Of a DNA stretch of 64,000 nucleotides, positions 28,076-36,777 are shown piece after piece. Source of the DNA: an uncultured Kiritimatiellota bacterium (GTDB taxonomy: Bacteria; Verrucomicrobiota; Kiritimatiellia; RFP12; UBA1067); the NCBI GenBank assembly GCA_934675625.1, contig CAKURH010000005.1, forward strand, positions 125-64,124. The letters run 5' to 3'. Both the position numbers and the translations under genes were made by a program. Position 1 is the stretch's first letter, and each line of letters starts with the position of its first letter. Under the pieces are notes generated by a model. That model was not told the origin of the DNA and did no database searches. It saw nothing but the letters and a program-made list of their open reading frames with translations.

Positions 28076-29503
28076 TCACGCGCGATCCTCCGGCTCCTCC
28101 TCCAAGACGATGGCGGCTGTGCGGCCGGTCGACGACGCCGTGCCGATTGGGTTCACCGGATCGAAGTTCGCGCCGAGGACGACGGCGCGGCGCGGCGACG
28201 ACGTGTCGCCCGACACCCACGGACGCGCCTCTGACAGGAGATACGCGCTGGAGGCGAGATCGGAAACCGTGTCGTCGGGATGCTCCGCCGGAACCTGCGG
28301 CGGCAGCACCTTCTTGTGCAGGGCGAGCGCGACCTTCACCAGTCCCGCCGCCATCGCCGCGCGCAGCGTGTGCCCGATGTTGCCCTTGACGGAACCGACG
28401 CCCACGAGCGGCGAACCCGGCGTGTGCGCGCCCCACAGGAGGCGAATCGCCTCCAGCTCGCGCGCCTCGGCGTCCTTCAGCCCCGATCCGTCGGCCTCGA
28501 CGAGCCCAATCGAGCGGACGGGAACGCCGGCGCGCGCGGCGGCTTCGGCGAAGACGGCGGACGGATCGTTCGCCGGATTGTGCCCAATCGCGACGCCGCG
28601 CACGAGCGCGTAGATCCGGTCGCGGTCACGCAAGGCGTCCGCCCGGCGCTTCAGGACGAAGAACGCACCGCCTTCGCCGGGAATCGTGCCGTCCTGCTCC
28701 TGCGCGAAAGGATGAAGCTCGTTGCGCAGGGAGAAGGTCGTCTCGCCCGAAAGCCCCTCCAAATAGGCGCGCGCAAGCGGTGGCGTGAGCGCGCCCACAA
28801 GGGCGATGTCGGCGCGACCCGACACGAGGTCGTCCATGGCATCGGCGAGCGTCGCCGCGCCCGTAAGGAGCCCGGCGTCCATGATCGTCGCCGCGCCGTC
28901 GAAGCCGCATTCGCGCGCGATCCATGACGCCAGGCGATAGCCCGCACCCATCAGGAACGAGACCGCGTTCGGCGGCGGCAGCGAGTCGAGCAGCTTGGCC
29001 TTGACGGCCTCCAGCGCCTCTTCGGGCGCATGCGGGAAGAACCGCCGCACGACGTCCAGCGTCTGGTCGAGGATGGCCGTGTGCTGCAGCCAGTTCACCG
29101 TCGAGGCGTTGAACGGCGGCGCGTAGCCGAAGCGCACCGTGCCCCGGACGGACGGGTTCGCGTGCGGCTTCATGCCCGCATCGGCCAGCGCGTCGAACGC
29201 GAGCTGCGTCGCGAAGTAGAGATCCTGGTTCTCGCCCGCGTTCACCTGACGCGGAAAGTTCTGCATCGAGGGCACGCAGGCGTAGAGGTCGCCAAGCTGG
29301 CCGAGGCGCGCCGGATAGGGGCGCGCAAAGACGTTCTTCTGCCCGAACGGCAGTTCAGCCTCCGGGCCGGGCGGCGTCAGCAGCGCCCTGCGCGCCATGA
29401 CCGCCTCCCAGAGGGCGGCGGGCGACGGACAGCCGGCGAAGCGGCACGACATGCCGACGATGGCGACGGCGCCGCTCGCGCCCAGCTGCAGGGAGGTGGC
29501 CAC
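28076..29503 (-). CDS. Stand-alone PKS-type ketosynthase-like protein with degenerate active site
   Basis: KS fold motifs AIVGMSCRFAG, DGTIPGEGGAFFVLKR and GSVKGNIGHTLRAAMAAG. However, the catalytic Cys position reads Leu (IMDAGLLTG versus DTACSS) and the first catalytic His reads Asp (VEADGSG versus EAHGTG). Confidence 0.8.
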   Translation of the reverse strand: MATSLQLGASGAVAIVGMSCRFAGCPSPAALWEAVMARRALLTPPGPEAELPFGQKNVFARPYPARLGQLGDLYACVPSMQNFPRQVNAGENQDLYFATQLAFDALADAGMKPHANPSVRGTVRFGYAPPFNASTVNWLQHTAILDQTLDVVRRFFPHAPEEALEAVKAKLLDSLPPPNAVSFLMGAGYRLASWIARECGFDGAATIMDAGLLTGAATLADAMDDLVSGRADIALVGALTPPLARAYLEGLSGETTFSLRNELHPFAQEQDGTIPGEGGAFFVLKRRADALRDRDRIYALVRGVAIGHNPANDPSAVFAEAAARAGVPVRSIGLVEADGSGLKDAEARELEAIRLLWGAHTPGSPLVGVGSVKGNIGHTLRAAMAAGLVKVALALHKKVLPPQVPAEHPDDTVSDLASSAYLLSEARPWVSGDTSSPRRAVVLGANFDPVNPIGTASSTGRTAAIVLEEEPEDRA

Positions 29504-29509
29504 AGAACC

Positions 29510-30916
29510 TTACATCAGCGCGTACTTCGCGATGAAGACGACCGTCAGCACGTACATGATCCAGTGGACCTTCTTCGCCTTGCCGGCGATGAGGTTGACG
29601 AGCGTGTACGAGATGACGCCGGCCATGATGCCGTCGGAAATCGAGTAGGCGAACGGCATGAACGCGACCGTCAGGAACGCGGGAATCGCCTCGCTCGCGT
29701 CGCTGAAGTCGATCTCGGCGACGGACGAGAGCATCAGGTAGCCGACGACGATGAGCGCGGGCGCCGTCGCGAAGCCCGGCACTGCGAGAAAGATCGGCGC
29801 GAAGACGATCGCCGCGAGGAAGAGGACGGCCGTCGTCACGCCCGTGAGGCCCGTCTTGCCGCCGACCATCACGCCCGAGGCGGACTCGACGTAGGTCGTC
29901 GTCGTGGACGTGCCGAACACCGCGCCGACCGAGGTCGCGATCGCGTCCGCGCAGAGCGCGCCCGAAATGCGCGGGAGCTTTCCTTCCTTCGTGAGGAAGC
30001 CGCCCTTCATCGAGACGCCGATCAGCGTCCCCAGCGTGTCGAAGAGGTCGACGAAGAAGAACGCGAACATGACGACGAAGAAGTCGAGGCCCTTGACGAG
30101 CGCCCAGCCCGTGTTCGTGTCGCCTTTGTGCGTCCAGCCCGCCGGGTCAAAGACGGCGCAGCAGGTCTGCTTGAACTGCGCGAACGAGTCGGTGATGCCC
30201 GCGAACGAAAGCGCCGGGTAAAGCGAGAAGTAGCCCTTCTCCGCGTCCGGCACATAGACGCCCGCCGCCTGCGCGACCATGCCGAGGCTCCACGTCACGA
30301 AGATGCCGTAGAGGATCGCGCCCTTGACGTGACGCGCCATCATGACGCCCGTGAGGATCGTGCCGAGGATCGCGAGCACCGCGCAGATGCCCTGCGTGTG
30401 GAACGGCGCGTTCTTGAAGCTCATGAGGCCCACGAGCACCGCGTCGTTGTTGACGATGATCTTCGCCGTCTGCAGCGCGATGAAGCAGATGAAGAGGCCG
30501 ATGCCGGCCGCCACCGCCTTCTTCAGCGTGAACGGAATGCAGTCGAAGATCGCCTCGCGGACGGGCGTGAGCGAGAGCGCGAGGAAGACGAGGCCTTCCA
30601 CGAACACCGCGAGAAGCGCGAACTGCCAGCTGTACCCCATGCCGAGACAGACGCCGAAGGTGAGGAAGGCGTTGAGGCCCATGCCCGGCGCAAGCGCAAA
30701 CGGATAGTTCGACATGAACGCCATGAGCAGCGTGCCGACGACGGCCGCCAAGCACGTCGCGACGAAGACGCCGCCGCGCGGAATGCCCGCGATCGAGAGG
30801 ATGTTCGGGTTCACGGCGAGGATGTACGCCATCGTCATGAACGTGGTGAGGCCCGCGACGAGTTCGGTCTTGACCGTCGTCTTGTTCTCGTCAAGCTTGA
30901 ATAGTTTCTTGAGCAT
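29510..30916 (-). CDS. NCS2/AzgA-family purine (hypoxanthine/guanine/adenine) permease
   Basis: The N-terminus MLKKLFKLDENKTTVKTELVAGLTTFMTMAYILAVNP is characteristic of this family. Polytopic membrane protein. Confidence 0.85.
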   Translation of the reverse strand: MLKKLFKLDENKTTVKTELVAGLTTFMTMAYILAVNPNILSIAGIPRGGVFVATCLAAVVGTLLMAFMSNYPFALAPGMGLNAFLTFGVCLGMGYSWQFALLAVFVEGLVFLALSLTPVREAIFDCIPFTLKKAVAAGIGLFICFIALQTAKIIVNNDAVLVGLMSFKNAPFHTQGICAVLAILGTILTGVMMARHVKGAILYGIFVTWSLGMVAQAAGVYVPDAEKGYFSLYPALSFAGITDSFAQFKQTCCAVFDPAGWTHKGDTNTGWALVKGLDFFVVMFAFFFVDLFDTLGTLIGVSMKGGFLTKEGKLPRISGALCADAIATSVGAVFGTSTTTTYVESASGVMVGGKTGLTGVTTAVLFLAAIVFAPIFLAVPGFATAPALIVVGYLMLSSVAEIDFSDASEAIPAFLTVAFMPFAYSISDGIMAGVISYTLVNLIAGKAKKVHWIMYVLTVVFIAKYALM

Positions 30917-30958
30917 GTTGTTCCTTTTTCTTGGTTGGTGGTTGAATTCAAATGTTCC

Positions 30959-31579
30959 TTACAGCGTGCCGAAGATGCGGTCGCCGGCGTCGCCGAGGCC
31001 CGGCACGATGTAGAAGTGGCTGTTCAGCCGCTCGTCCTTCGCCGCGACGTAGACGGGCACTTCGGGATGTTCGCGCTCGAACTTCGCGATGCCCTCCGGC
31101 GCCGAGATGAGGTGCAGGCACTTGATGCGCTTGTAGCCGAGCTTCTTGAGCTGGGCGACGGCATCGCACGCCGAGCCGCCCGTCGCGAGCATCGGGTCGA
31201 TCACGATCGCCAGTTCCTCGCCCTTCGCCGGCGGCACCTTCGCGTAGTAGGGAATCGGCTCGGCCGTCTCCTCGTTGCGCTGCATGCCGAGGACGCCGAC
31301 CTTCGCGTACGGCAGCACGTGCAGCATCGCGTCAAGCATGCCCATGCCCGCGCGCAGGATCGGCACGAGGACGATGCGCTCGTCGACGAGCGCGCCGCGC
31401 GCCTTCGCGACGGGCGTCACGACGTCGACGCCCTTCAGGTTCACGTCCTTCAGGGCCTCGAAGGCGAGGAATTCCGTCAGCTCGTTGACGAGTTCGCGGA
31501 AGAGTTTCGGGGGCGTCGCCTGGTCGCGCATGAGCGTGACGCGGTGGGTGACGAGCGGATGGTTCAAGACGGTATGCAT
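30959..31579 (-). CDS. upp: Uracil phosphoribosyltransferase
   Basis: Motifs LNHPLVTHRVTLMRD, ILRAGMGM and IDPMLATGGS (PRPP motif). Confidence 0.9.
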   Translation of the reverse strand: MHTVLNHPLVTHRVTLMRDQATPPKLFRELVNELTEFLAFEALKDVNLKGVDVVTPVAKARGALVDERIVLVPILRAGMGMLDAMLHVLPYAKVGVLGMQRNEETAEPIPYYAKVPPAKGEELAIVIDPMLATGGSACDAVAQLKKLGYKRIKCLHLISAPEGIAKFEREHPEVPVYVAAKDERLNSHFYIVPGLGDAGDRIFGTL

Positions 31580-31726
31580 ATTCGTTTAAAACTTGATGTT
31601 GAATTTGCTGTTGAATATTGTTGGATATTTAGAATTTAAGATTTAAAATTTAAGATTTAGGACTTAGGATTTAAAATCTAAAATCCAAAATTTGAGATTT
31701 GATTTGAGATTGAAGTTTCTGTTCGC
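31580..31726. repeat. AT-rich low-complexity intergenic block with short tandem repeats (aatttaagattta x2, tttgagatt x2, tgttgaat x2)
   Basis: Sharp compositional break relative to the flanking GC-rich genes. Contains a 16-mer, aaaatttgagatttga (31687..31702), that recurs inverted at 33395..33410. Confidence 0.7.
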
Positions 31727-33385
31727 TCATTCCTTAATTCCGTTCTGCTGGGCGACGAGGCCCGCGCCGCCGTACAGCTGGCGGAGCTTGGGCTTCTCGA
31801 TCTTGCCGGTCGGATTGCGCGGCACGTCCGCGAAGATGACCTTGCGCGGGCGCTTGTAGCGCGGCAGGCCGAGGCAGAAGTCGTTGAACTCCTTCTCGTC
31901 CAGCGTCAGGCCGTCCTTGACGGACACGATGGCCGCCGCGATTTCGCCGAGCCGCGCGTCCGGGAGGCCGATCACGGCGACGTCCTTGACCTTCGGGTTC
32001 GCACGGATGAAGTCCTCGATCTGCACGGGGTAGAGGTTCTCGCCGCCCGTGATGATGACGTCCTTCGCGCGGTCGACGAGGTAGATGAACCCGTCACGCT
32101 CCTCGGCCATGTCGCCCGTCAGAAGCCAGCCCGGCTCCTTCATGATCTCGGCCGTCGCCTGCGGATTCTTGTAGTATTCGCGCATGAGGCCCGGCCCCTT
32201 GAGGGCGAGTTCGCCGACCGCGCCCGGCTTCACGGGCGTCACGCCGTCCGGCCCGACAATCTTCGTCTCCCAGCCGTAGCCCGCGACGCCGATCGCGCCC
32301 ACGTGGTCGATGTTCTCCACGCCGAGGTGCACGGCGCCCGGCCCCGTCGATTCCGAGAGCCCGTAGTTCGTGTCGTAGGCATGATGGGGAAAGACCTCCT
32401 TCCACCGCTTGACGAGCGCCGGCGGCACGGGCTGCGCGCCGATGTGCATGAGACGCCACTGATCCAACTTGTAGTCCGCAAGCTTCACGTCGCCGCGCTC
32501 GATCGCGTCGAGGATGTCCTGCGCCCACGGCACGAGCAGCCAGACGATCGTGCACCGCTCCTCGCTCACGGCGCGGATGATCCATTCGGGCTTGACGCCC
32601 ATCAGCAGCACCGACCGGCAGCCCGCGAGGAGCGAGCCGAACCAGTGCATCTTCGCGCCCGTGTGGTAGAGCGGCGGGATGCAGAGGAAGCAGTCGTCGC
32701 GCGTCTGGCCGTGGTGCGCCCGCTCGACCCTGCAGGAATGGAGAAGGCACTTGTGCTGGAGGACGATGGCCTTCGGGAAGCCCGTCGTGCCGCTCGAGAA
32801 GTAGATCGCCGCGTCATCTTCGGGCCCGATCGGGATGTCGGGACAGCGCGCGCTGCAGTAGCCGACGAGCCCACGATACGGCTCGGCGAAGCTCGGGCAG
32901 TCATCGCCCACGTAGAGGCGCGCCTTGAGGCGCGGCACGCGGTCGACGATCTCCTCGACGCGCCCGACGAACGCCGGGCCGAACACGAGCGCGTCCGCGT
33001 CGGACAGCTCCAGGCAGTACTTGATCTCGTCGGCCGTGTAGCGGAAATTGAGCGGCACGGCCATGCACCCCGCGCGGAGGACGCCGAAGTAGATCGGCAG
33101 CCAGTCGAGGCAGTTCATCAGCAGGATCGCGACCTTCTCGCCCTTCTTGAAGCCGCGCGAGAGCAAGAAGTTCGCGAAGCGGTTCGCCTGCTCGTCGAAC
33201 TCCTGCCACGTGATCTCGCTCCGGAACGCCGCGATCGGCGAGGCCTCGATCAGCGAATACTCGCGCCACGTCGTGTGGCGGTTCTCCAGCTCCTGCGGGT
33301 TGATCTCGACGAGCGCGACGTCGTCCGGCCATTCGCGGGCGTTGCGCGCGAGAATCTCGGCAATGTTGTTGAACGTCTCTTCCAT
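31727..33385 (-). CDS. AMP-forming acyl-CoA synthetase/ligase (class I adenylate-forming enzyme)
   Basis: Motifs SSGTTGFPKA, YGLSES and ITGGENLYP, plus the C-terminal GKIEK lysine motif. Confidence 0.85.
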   Translation of the reverse strand: MEETFNNIAEILARNAREWPDDVALVEINPQELENRHTTWREYSLIEASPIAAFRSEITWQEFDEQANRFANFLLSRGFKKGEKVAILLMNCLDWLPIYFGVLRAGCMAVPLNFRYTADEIKYCLELSDADALVFGPAFVGRVEEIVDRVPRLKARLYVGDDCPSFAEPYRGLVGYCSARCPDIPIGPEDDAAIYFSSGTTGFPKAIVLQHKCLLHSCRVERAHHGQTRDDCFLCIPPLYHTGAKMHWFGSLLAGCRSVLLMGVKPEWIIRAVSEERCTIVWLLVPWAQDILDAIERGDVKLADYKLDQWRLMHIGAQPVPPALVKRWKEVFPHHAYDTNYGLSESTGPGAVHLGVENIDHVGAIGVAGYGWETKIVGPDGVTPVKPGAVGELALKGPGLMREYYKNPQATAEIMKEPGWLLTGDMAEERDGFIYLVDRAKDVIITGGENLYPVQIEDFIRANPKVKDVAVIGLPDARLGEIAAAIVSVKDGLTLDEKEFNDFCLGLPRYKRPRKVIFADVPRNPTGKIEKPKLRQLYGGAGLVAQQNGIKE

Positions 33386-33454
33386 ACTTAGATTTCAAAT
33401 CTCAAATTTTCAGATTTCAGATCTTAAATTTTCCTCACTCTTCTCACGCTTCAT
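33386..33454. repeat. AT-rich intergenic block, inverted partner of 31580..31726
   Basis: Sequence agatttcaaatctcaaattttcagatttcagatcttaaatttt. Contains tcaaatctcaaatttt (33395..33410), the exact reverse complement of 31687..31702. Confidence 0.7.
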
Positions 33455-34309
33455 TCAAAATCCCGCCGCCGTCCACTTGAGATCCGCCAGCGCGTTCTTC
33501 GCCTCCTGCACGACGAACGGGTTCGCCGACTCCAGGAGCGGCTTGTACTTCGGGCTCGCGAGCGCGTCCTTCACCAGCTTCTCATAGCGCTTCTGCTTGC
33601 CCTGCTGCTTCTCGCCGAACTTTCGCATGTCCTTCGCCTTGCGCGCGAAATCGACGAGTTCGGCGAGCTTCTTCACGTCCGGGATCGCGTGCAGCTCGCG
33701 CTCCTTCTCGGCGTACGCCTTCGCCTCGTTCGGGAACTTCTTCTTGAACTCCGCGAGGCGCATGTACGCCTTGCCCGGCAGGTATTCAAGCTCAAAGTCG
33801 AGGAAACGCCTCCACTCATCCGCATTGCGCGGCGCCTCCATGTCGGTCAGGGCCGTCACGATCGCCTGCGTCGCCGCGCGCTCGTCATGGCCCTTGTAGA
33901 CGACCTTCCCCGTCTCGTCCACGACGTAGAGGAACGGAATCGCGTTGAAGCGCGGCTCCAGCGCGGCAAGCCCCGCGTCCTCGTAAATCGGATACGTGAG
34001 GCCATGCTCCTTGACGAGGGCCTTCACGCCCGCCGCGTCGCCCCAGCCCGCGCAGTGTCCGCCGAGGACGACGAACGGCTTCGTCTTGAAGCTCTGCCAG
34101 ATCTCCTCCACGCGCGGCAGCATCTGGCGGCAGGGCGGACAGTTCACGCCCCAGCGGTCGACGAGCACGACCTTGCCGCGCAAGTAGCCCTTGCTCGTCT
34201 TGCGTCCGCCGAGGTGGTGCTCCTCGTCAAGGTTCCGCCAATCGACGGCCAAGGCCGTCGCCGCGGCAAGGGCGGCGAAAAGGGAAAGGGGCAGATAACG
34301 CGTTTTCAT
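33455..34309 (-). CDS. Secreted thioredoxin-fold (TlpA/redoxin-like) protein with helical C-terminal extension
   Basis: Signal peptide, the active site WGVNCPPCRQ, and a thioredoxin-like core (FVVLGGHCAGWGD). Confidence 0.75.
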   Translation of the reverse strand: MKTRYLPLSLFAALAAATALAVDWRNLDEEHHLGGRKTSKGYLRGKVVLVDRWGVNCPPCRQMLPRVEEIWQSFKTKPFVVLGGHCAGWGDAAGVKALVKEHGLTYPIYEDAGLAALEPRFNAIPFLYVVDETGKVVYKGHDERAATQAIVTALTDMEAPRNADEWRRFLDFELEYLPGKAYMRLAEFKKKFPNEAKAYAEKERELHAIPDVKKLAELVDFARKAKDMRKFGEKQQGKQKRYEKLVKDALASPKYKPLLESANPFVVQEAKNALADLKWTAAGF

Positions 34310-34325
34310 CGTTCAAAGAGATGGT

Positions 34326-34364
34326 AGGTAGGACGAATAAGACAGGTAGGACGAACAGGACGAA
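34326..34364. repeat. Direct repeats aggtaggacgaa x2 (18-bp spacing) plus a third aggacgaa
   Basis: Copies at 34326..34337, 34344..34355 and 34357..34364. On the minus strand they read TTCGTCCTACCT, upstream of the 34309 start. Confidence 0.6.
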
Positions 34365-34390
34365 TGAACCATCGCATAGCTCAATTCAAA

Positions 34391-35209
34391 TTAGAAGCGA
34401 GACGACAGCCAGGGGATGACCTTCTCGAAGCTGACGCCGTACCAGTGGTCGGGCGATGTCGCCTCGATGGCGCGGCAGACGACGTCCGCCGCGAGCGCGG
34501 CCGCCTCGGCGGCGGTCTTGCCGCGCAGGACGGCCCCAGCGAAGACGGACGCGAACACGTCGCCCGTGCCGTGGAACGCGCAGGGCAAACGCGGATTGAA
34601 GTCGTACGCGACCGAAGCGCCGTCCGACACGGCAGAGCCCAGAAGCCCCGGCTCGAAGCTGACACCCGTCAGGACGACGTTCTTCGCGCCGAGCGCGTGC
34701 AAGTCGGCGATCAGGCCCTCCAGCTCCGCCTTCGAGTAGCCTTCGAGCTTCGGCGCACGCCCCGCGAGCAGCGCGGCTTCGGTCAGGTTCGGCAGGATGT
34801 AGTCGGCGCCCGCGACAAGCCGCGCCATCTTCTTCGGGAAGTCCGCCGCAAAGCCCGGATAGAGCGCACCGTTGTCGGCCATCGCCGGATCGACGATGCG
34901 CACGGCGCCAGGCCGCGCGCACGTCTGCATGATGGAGAGGATCGGGTCGATGTGGCTTTCGCAGACGTAGCCCGTGTAGAAGGCGTCGAACGCGATGCCC
35001 TGCCCGACCCACTTCGCCTCGACCTTCAGCAACTCGGCCGTGAGGTCGCAGAAGCTCCAGCCCTTGAAGCCGGCCGCCGTGTGGTTCGAGAGAATCGCCG
35101 GCGGCAGGACGGCGCACTCGACGCCGCACGCGCTCACAAGCGGCAGCGCGACCGTCGTCGAGCACTGGCCGACACACGAAATGTCCTGAATCGTCAGAAG
35201 TCGTTTCAT
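34391..35209 (-). CDS. pdxK: Pyridoxal/pyridoxamine kinase
   Basis: Motif LTIQDISCVGQCSTTVALPLVSACG and a ribokinase-fold C-terminus with GTGDVFASVF. Confidence 0.8.
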   Translation of the reverse strand: MKRLLTIQDISCVGQCSTTVALPLVSACGVECAVLPPAILSNHTAAGFKGWSFCDLTAELLKVEAKWVGQGIAFDAFYTGYVCESHIDPILSIMQTCARPGAVRIVDPAMADNGALYPGFAADFPKKMARLVAGADYILPNLTEAALLAGRAPKLEGYSKAELEGLIADLHALGAKNVVLTGVSFEPGLLGSAVSDGASVAYDFNPRLPCAFHGTGDVFASVFAGAVLRGKTAAEAAALAADVVCRAIEATSPDHWYGVSFEKVIPWLSSRF

Positions 35210-35219
35210 TAGGAACGGT

Positions 35220-35228
35220 ATTATATCA
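35220..35228 (-). promoter_or_regulatory. Extended -10 promoter (TGATATAAT) for pdxK
   Basis: Reverse complement of attatatca, 10 nt upstream of the ATG at 35209. Overlaps the EamA stop codon. Confidence 0.5.
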
Positions 35229-36143
35229 TATCCGCCGAAAGGCCGAGAGCAGCGAGGTCAAGACGGCGGCGACAAAAACAAGGGCGCAGCCGAGAAGCTG
35301 GCGCGGCGACAGCGTGTCGCCCAAGACGACGTAGCCCGAAAGCGCGCCGAAGACCGACTCCATTGAGAGGAGGATCGCCGCGAGCGCGGGCGGCGTCCGA
35401 GCCTGTCCGAAGTTCTGCAGCGTGTAGGCGATGCCGCTCGAGAAGACACCACAGTAAAAGACGGGGAGAATCGCCGCCGGATGTGGCGCGAGATCCGACA
35501 GGAACGCGAGGAGGCGCGGCCCTTCGGAATCGAGGAAGAGGAACGGCGCGCCGACGACCGAGCAGGTGAAAAGCTGCGCCGCGCTCATCACCAGCAGATC
35601 CGACGTCTTCGCGAAATGGTCGACGCACAGCATCTGCACCGAGAAGAGCGCCGCACAGAGGAGCGTCCACGCCTCGCCGCGCCCGACCGACAGCGTCTCG
35701 CCGTCGATGGACAGGAAGTAGGTCCCCGCGAGCGCGAGCGCGACGCCGACCCAGATGAACGGACGCGGCAGCGTGCGCGTCAGGATCGCCGCGCCGACCG
35801 GCACCATCAAGACGTAGTTCGTCGTCAGGAACGCGCAGATGCCCGGCGTCGTCAGCTCGACGCCAATCTGCTGCGTGACCATCGCGAGAAAAAGCGGCAC
35901 GCCACAGCAGACGCCTGCGACGACCGACCGCCACGTCGGCGGCGAGGCTTCCGGGGCGGGGCGTCGTCCCGCACGGTTTGCGCGCGCGCGGCGCACGGCA
36001 ATCCAGCCAAGCAGGAACGCGCCGCCGAGAACGTTTCGGAGAACGGTCATCGCAAAGGGGCCGAGCGTGTCCGCCCCCAGCTTCTGCGCGAGGAACGCCG
36101 TCCCCCAGATGAACGTCGTCAGGAAAAGGAAAATCGGGCCCAT
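35226..36143 (-). CDS. DMT-superfamily (EamA-like) transporter
   Basis: Ten predicted TM helices and a duplicated EamA-type pattern (FIWGTAFLAQK at the N-terminus). Confidence 0.8.
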   Translation of the reverse strand: MGPIFLFLTTFIWGTAFLAQKLGADTLGPFAMTVLRNVLGGAFLLGWIAVRRARANRAGRRPAPEASPPTWRSVVAGVCCGVPLFLAMVTQQIGVELTTPGICAFLTTNYVLMVPVGAAILTRTLPRPFIWVGVALALAGTYFLSIDGETLSVGRGEAWTLLCAALFSVQMLCVDHFAKTSDLLVMSAAQLFTCSVVGAPFLFLDSEGPRLLAFLSDLAPHPAAILPVFYCGVFSSGIAYTLQNFGQARTPPALAAILLSMESVFGALSGYVVLGDTLSPRQLLGCALVFVAAVLTSLLSAFRRI

Positions 36144-36158
36144 GGCAACTTCGGCCTT

Positions 36159-36777
36159 TCAGGTGTCATCCCTTCGCCCCAGGACAAGCGTCGCGTTGCT
36201 GCCGCCAAAGGCGAATGAGTTCGAGAGAATCGTGCGCACGGGCGACGTGTCGCCGACGACGGGAATCCGGAACGGCGCGAGCGCGGCGTCCACGGGCGCG
36301 GCGACGTGCGGCGGCAGCCCCGCCCCCCGGCGCAGGGCGATCCAGCCCAGCGCGGCCTCGATCGCCCCCGCCGCACCGAGGCAATGCCCCGTGAGCGGCT
36401 TCGTCGACGAGACGGCGACCGCGTCGCCGAAGACGCGGCGCACCGCCGCGCGTCGCCCCGCCCACGATCACCGCGTCGCTCAGGCCGTTCGCCAGAAGCC
36501 GCCGCGCCGAGGCGAAGACCTTCGCGGACGACGAGCACGCCGTCGAGACGCACCACGCGGGGCCGCCGAAGCCGCCCTTCGCCTTGACATACGCGGCGGG
36601 ATACGCCATGTCGATGCGGTCGGGGTTCGCCGTGAACTCCTCCATCGTCGAGTTGCTCGTGCCGAAGAGGTTGCGCTCCGTCTCCGCGACGCCGCAACCG
36701 AGGGCCGAGACGACCCCCAGATCCGTCAGGGACACGGGAAACGTCCGGCTGTCCACGTCCGAATGCTCGCGCGTCAC
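36159..36777 (-). pseudogene. Remnant of a FabF/FabB-like beta-ketoacyl-ACP synthase (two or more internal deletions and a frameshift)
   Basis: Frame 1 (GTG at 36777, GTGA overlap with the aldolase stop) gives VSLTDLGVVSALGCGVAETERNLF|GTSNSTMEEF..GGPAWCVSTACSSSAKVF..DAVIVGGA. At about 36445-36455 homology jumps frame straight to the C-terminus RRVFGDAVAVSSTKPLTGHCLGAAGAIEA..SNSFAFGGSNATLVLGR. The total is about 205 codons against about 410 for an intact KS. Confidence 0.65.

Noticed and set aside
28076-29503. Treating the KS-like gene as part of a polyketide or fatty-acid biosynthetic cluster
   Set aside because: No ACP, AT, KR, DH or TE genes lie nearby. fabD and fabG are 10 kb away behind Wadjet and nadB, under their own promoter. 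The catalytic Cys and His are substituted.
30917-30958. Purine or pyrimidine riboswitch upstream of the NCS2 permease or upp
   Set aside because: The gap before the permease is only 42 nt. The region upstream of upp is AT-rich low complexity without the conserved purine-riboswitch junction sequences.
31580-31726. Possible CRISPR array or minisatellite in the AT-rich repeat block
   Set aside because: The repeats are 8-13 bp, degenerate, and not separated by unique spacers of regular length. There are no cas genes. It is better described as low-complexity AT-rich intergenic DNA.
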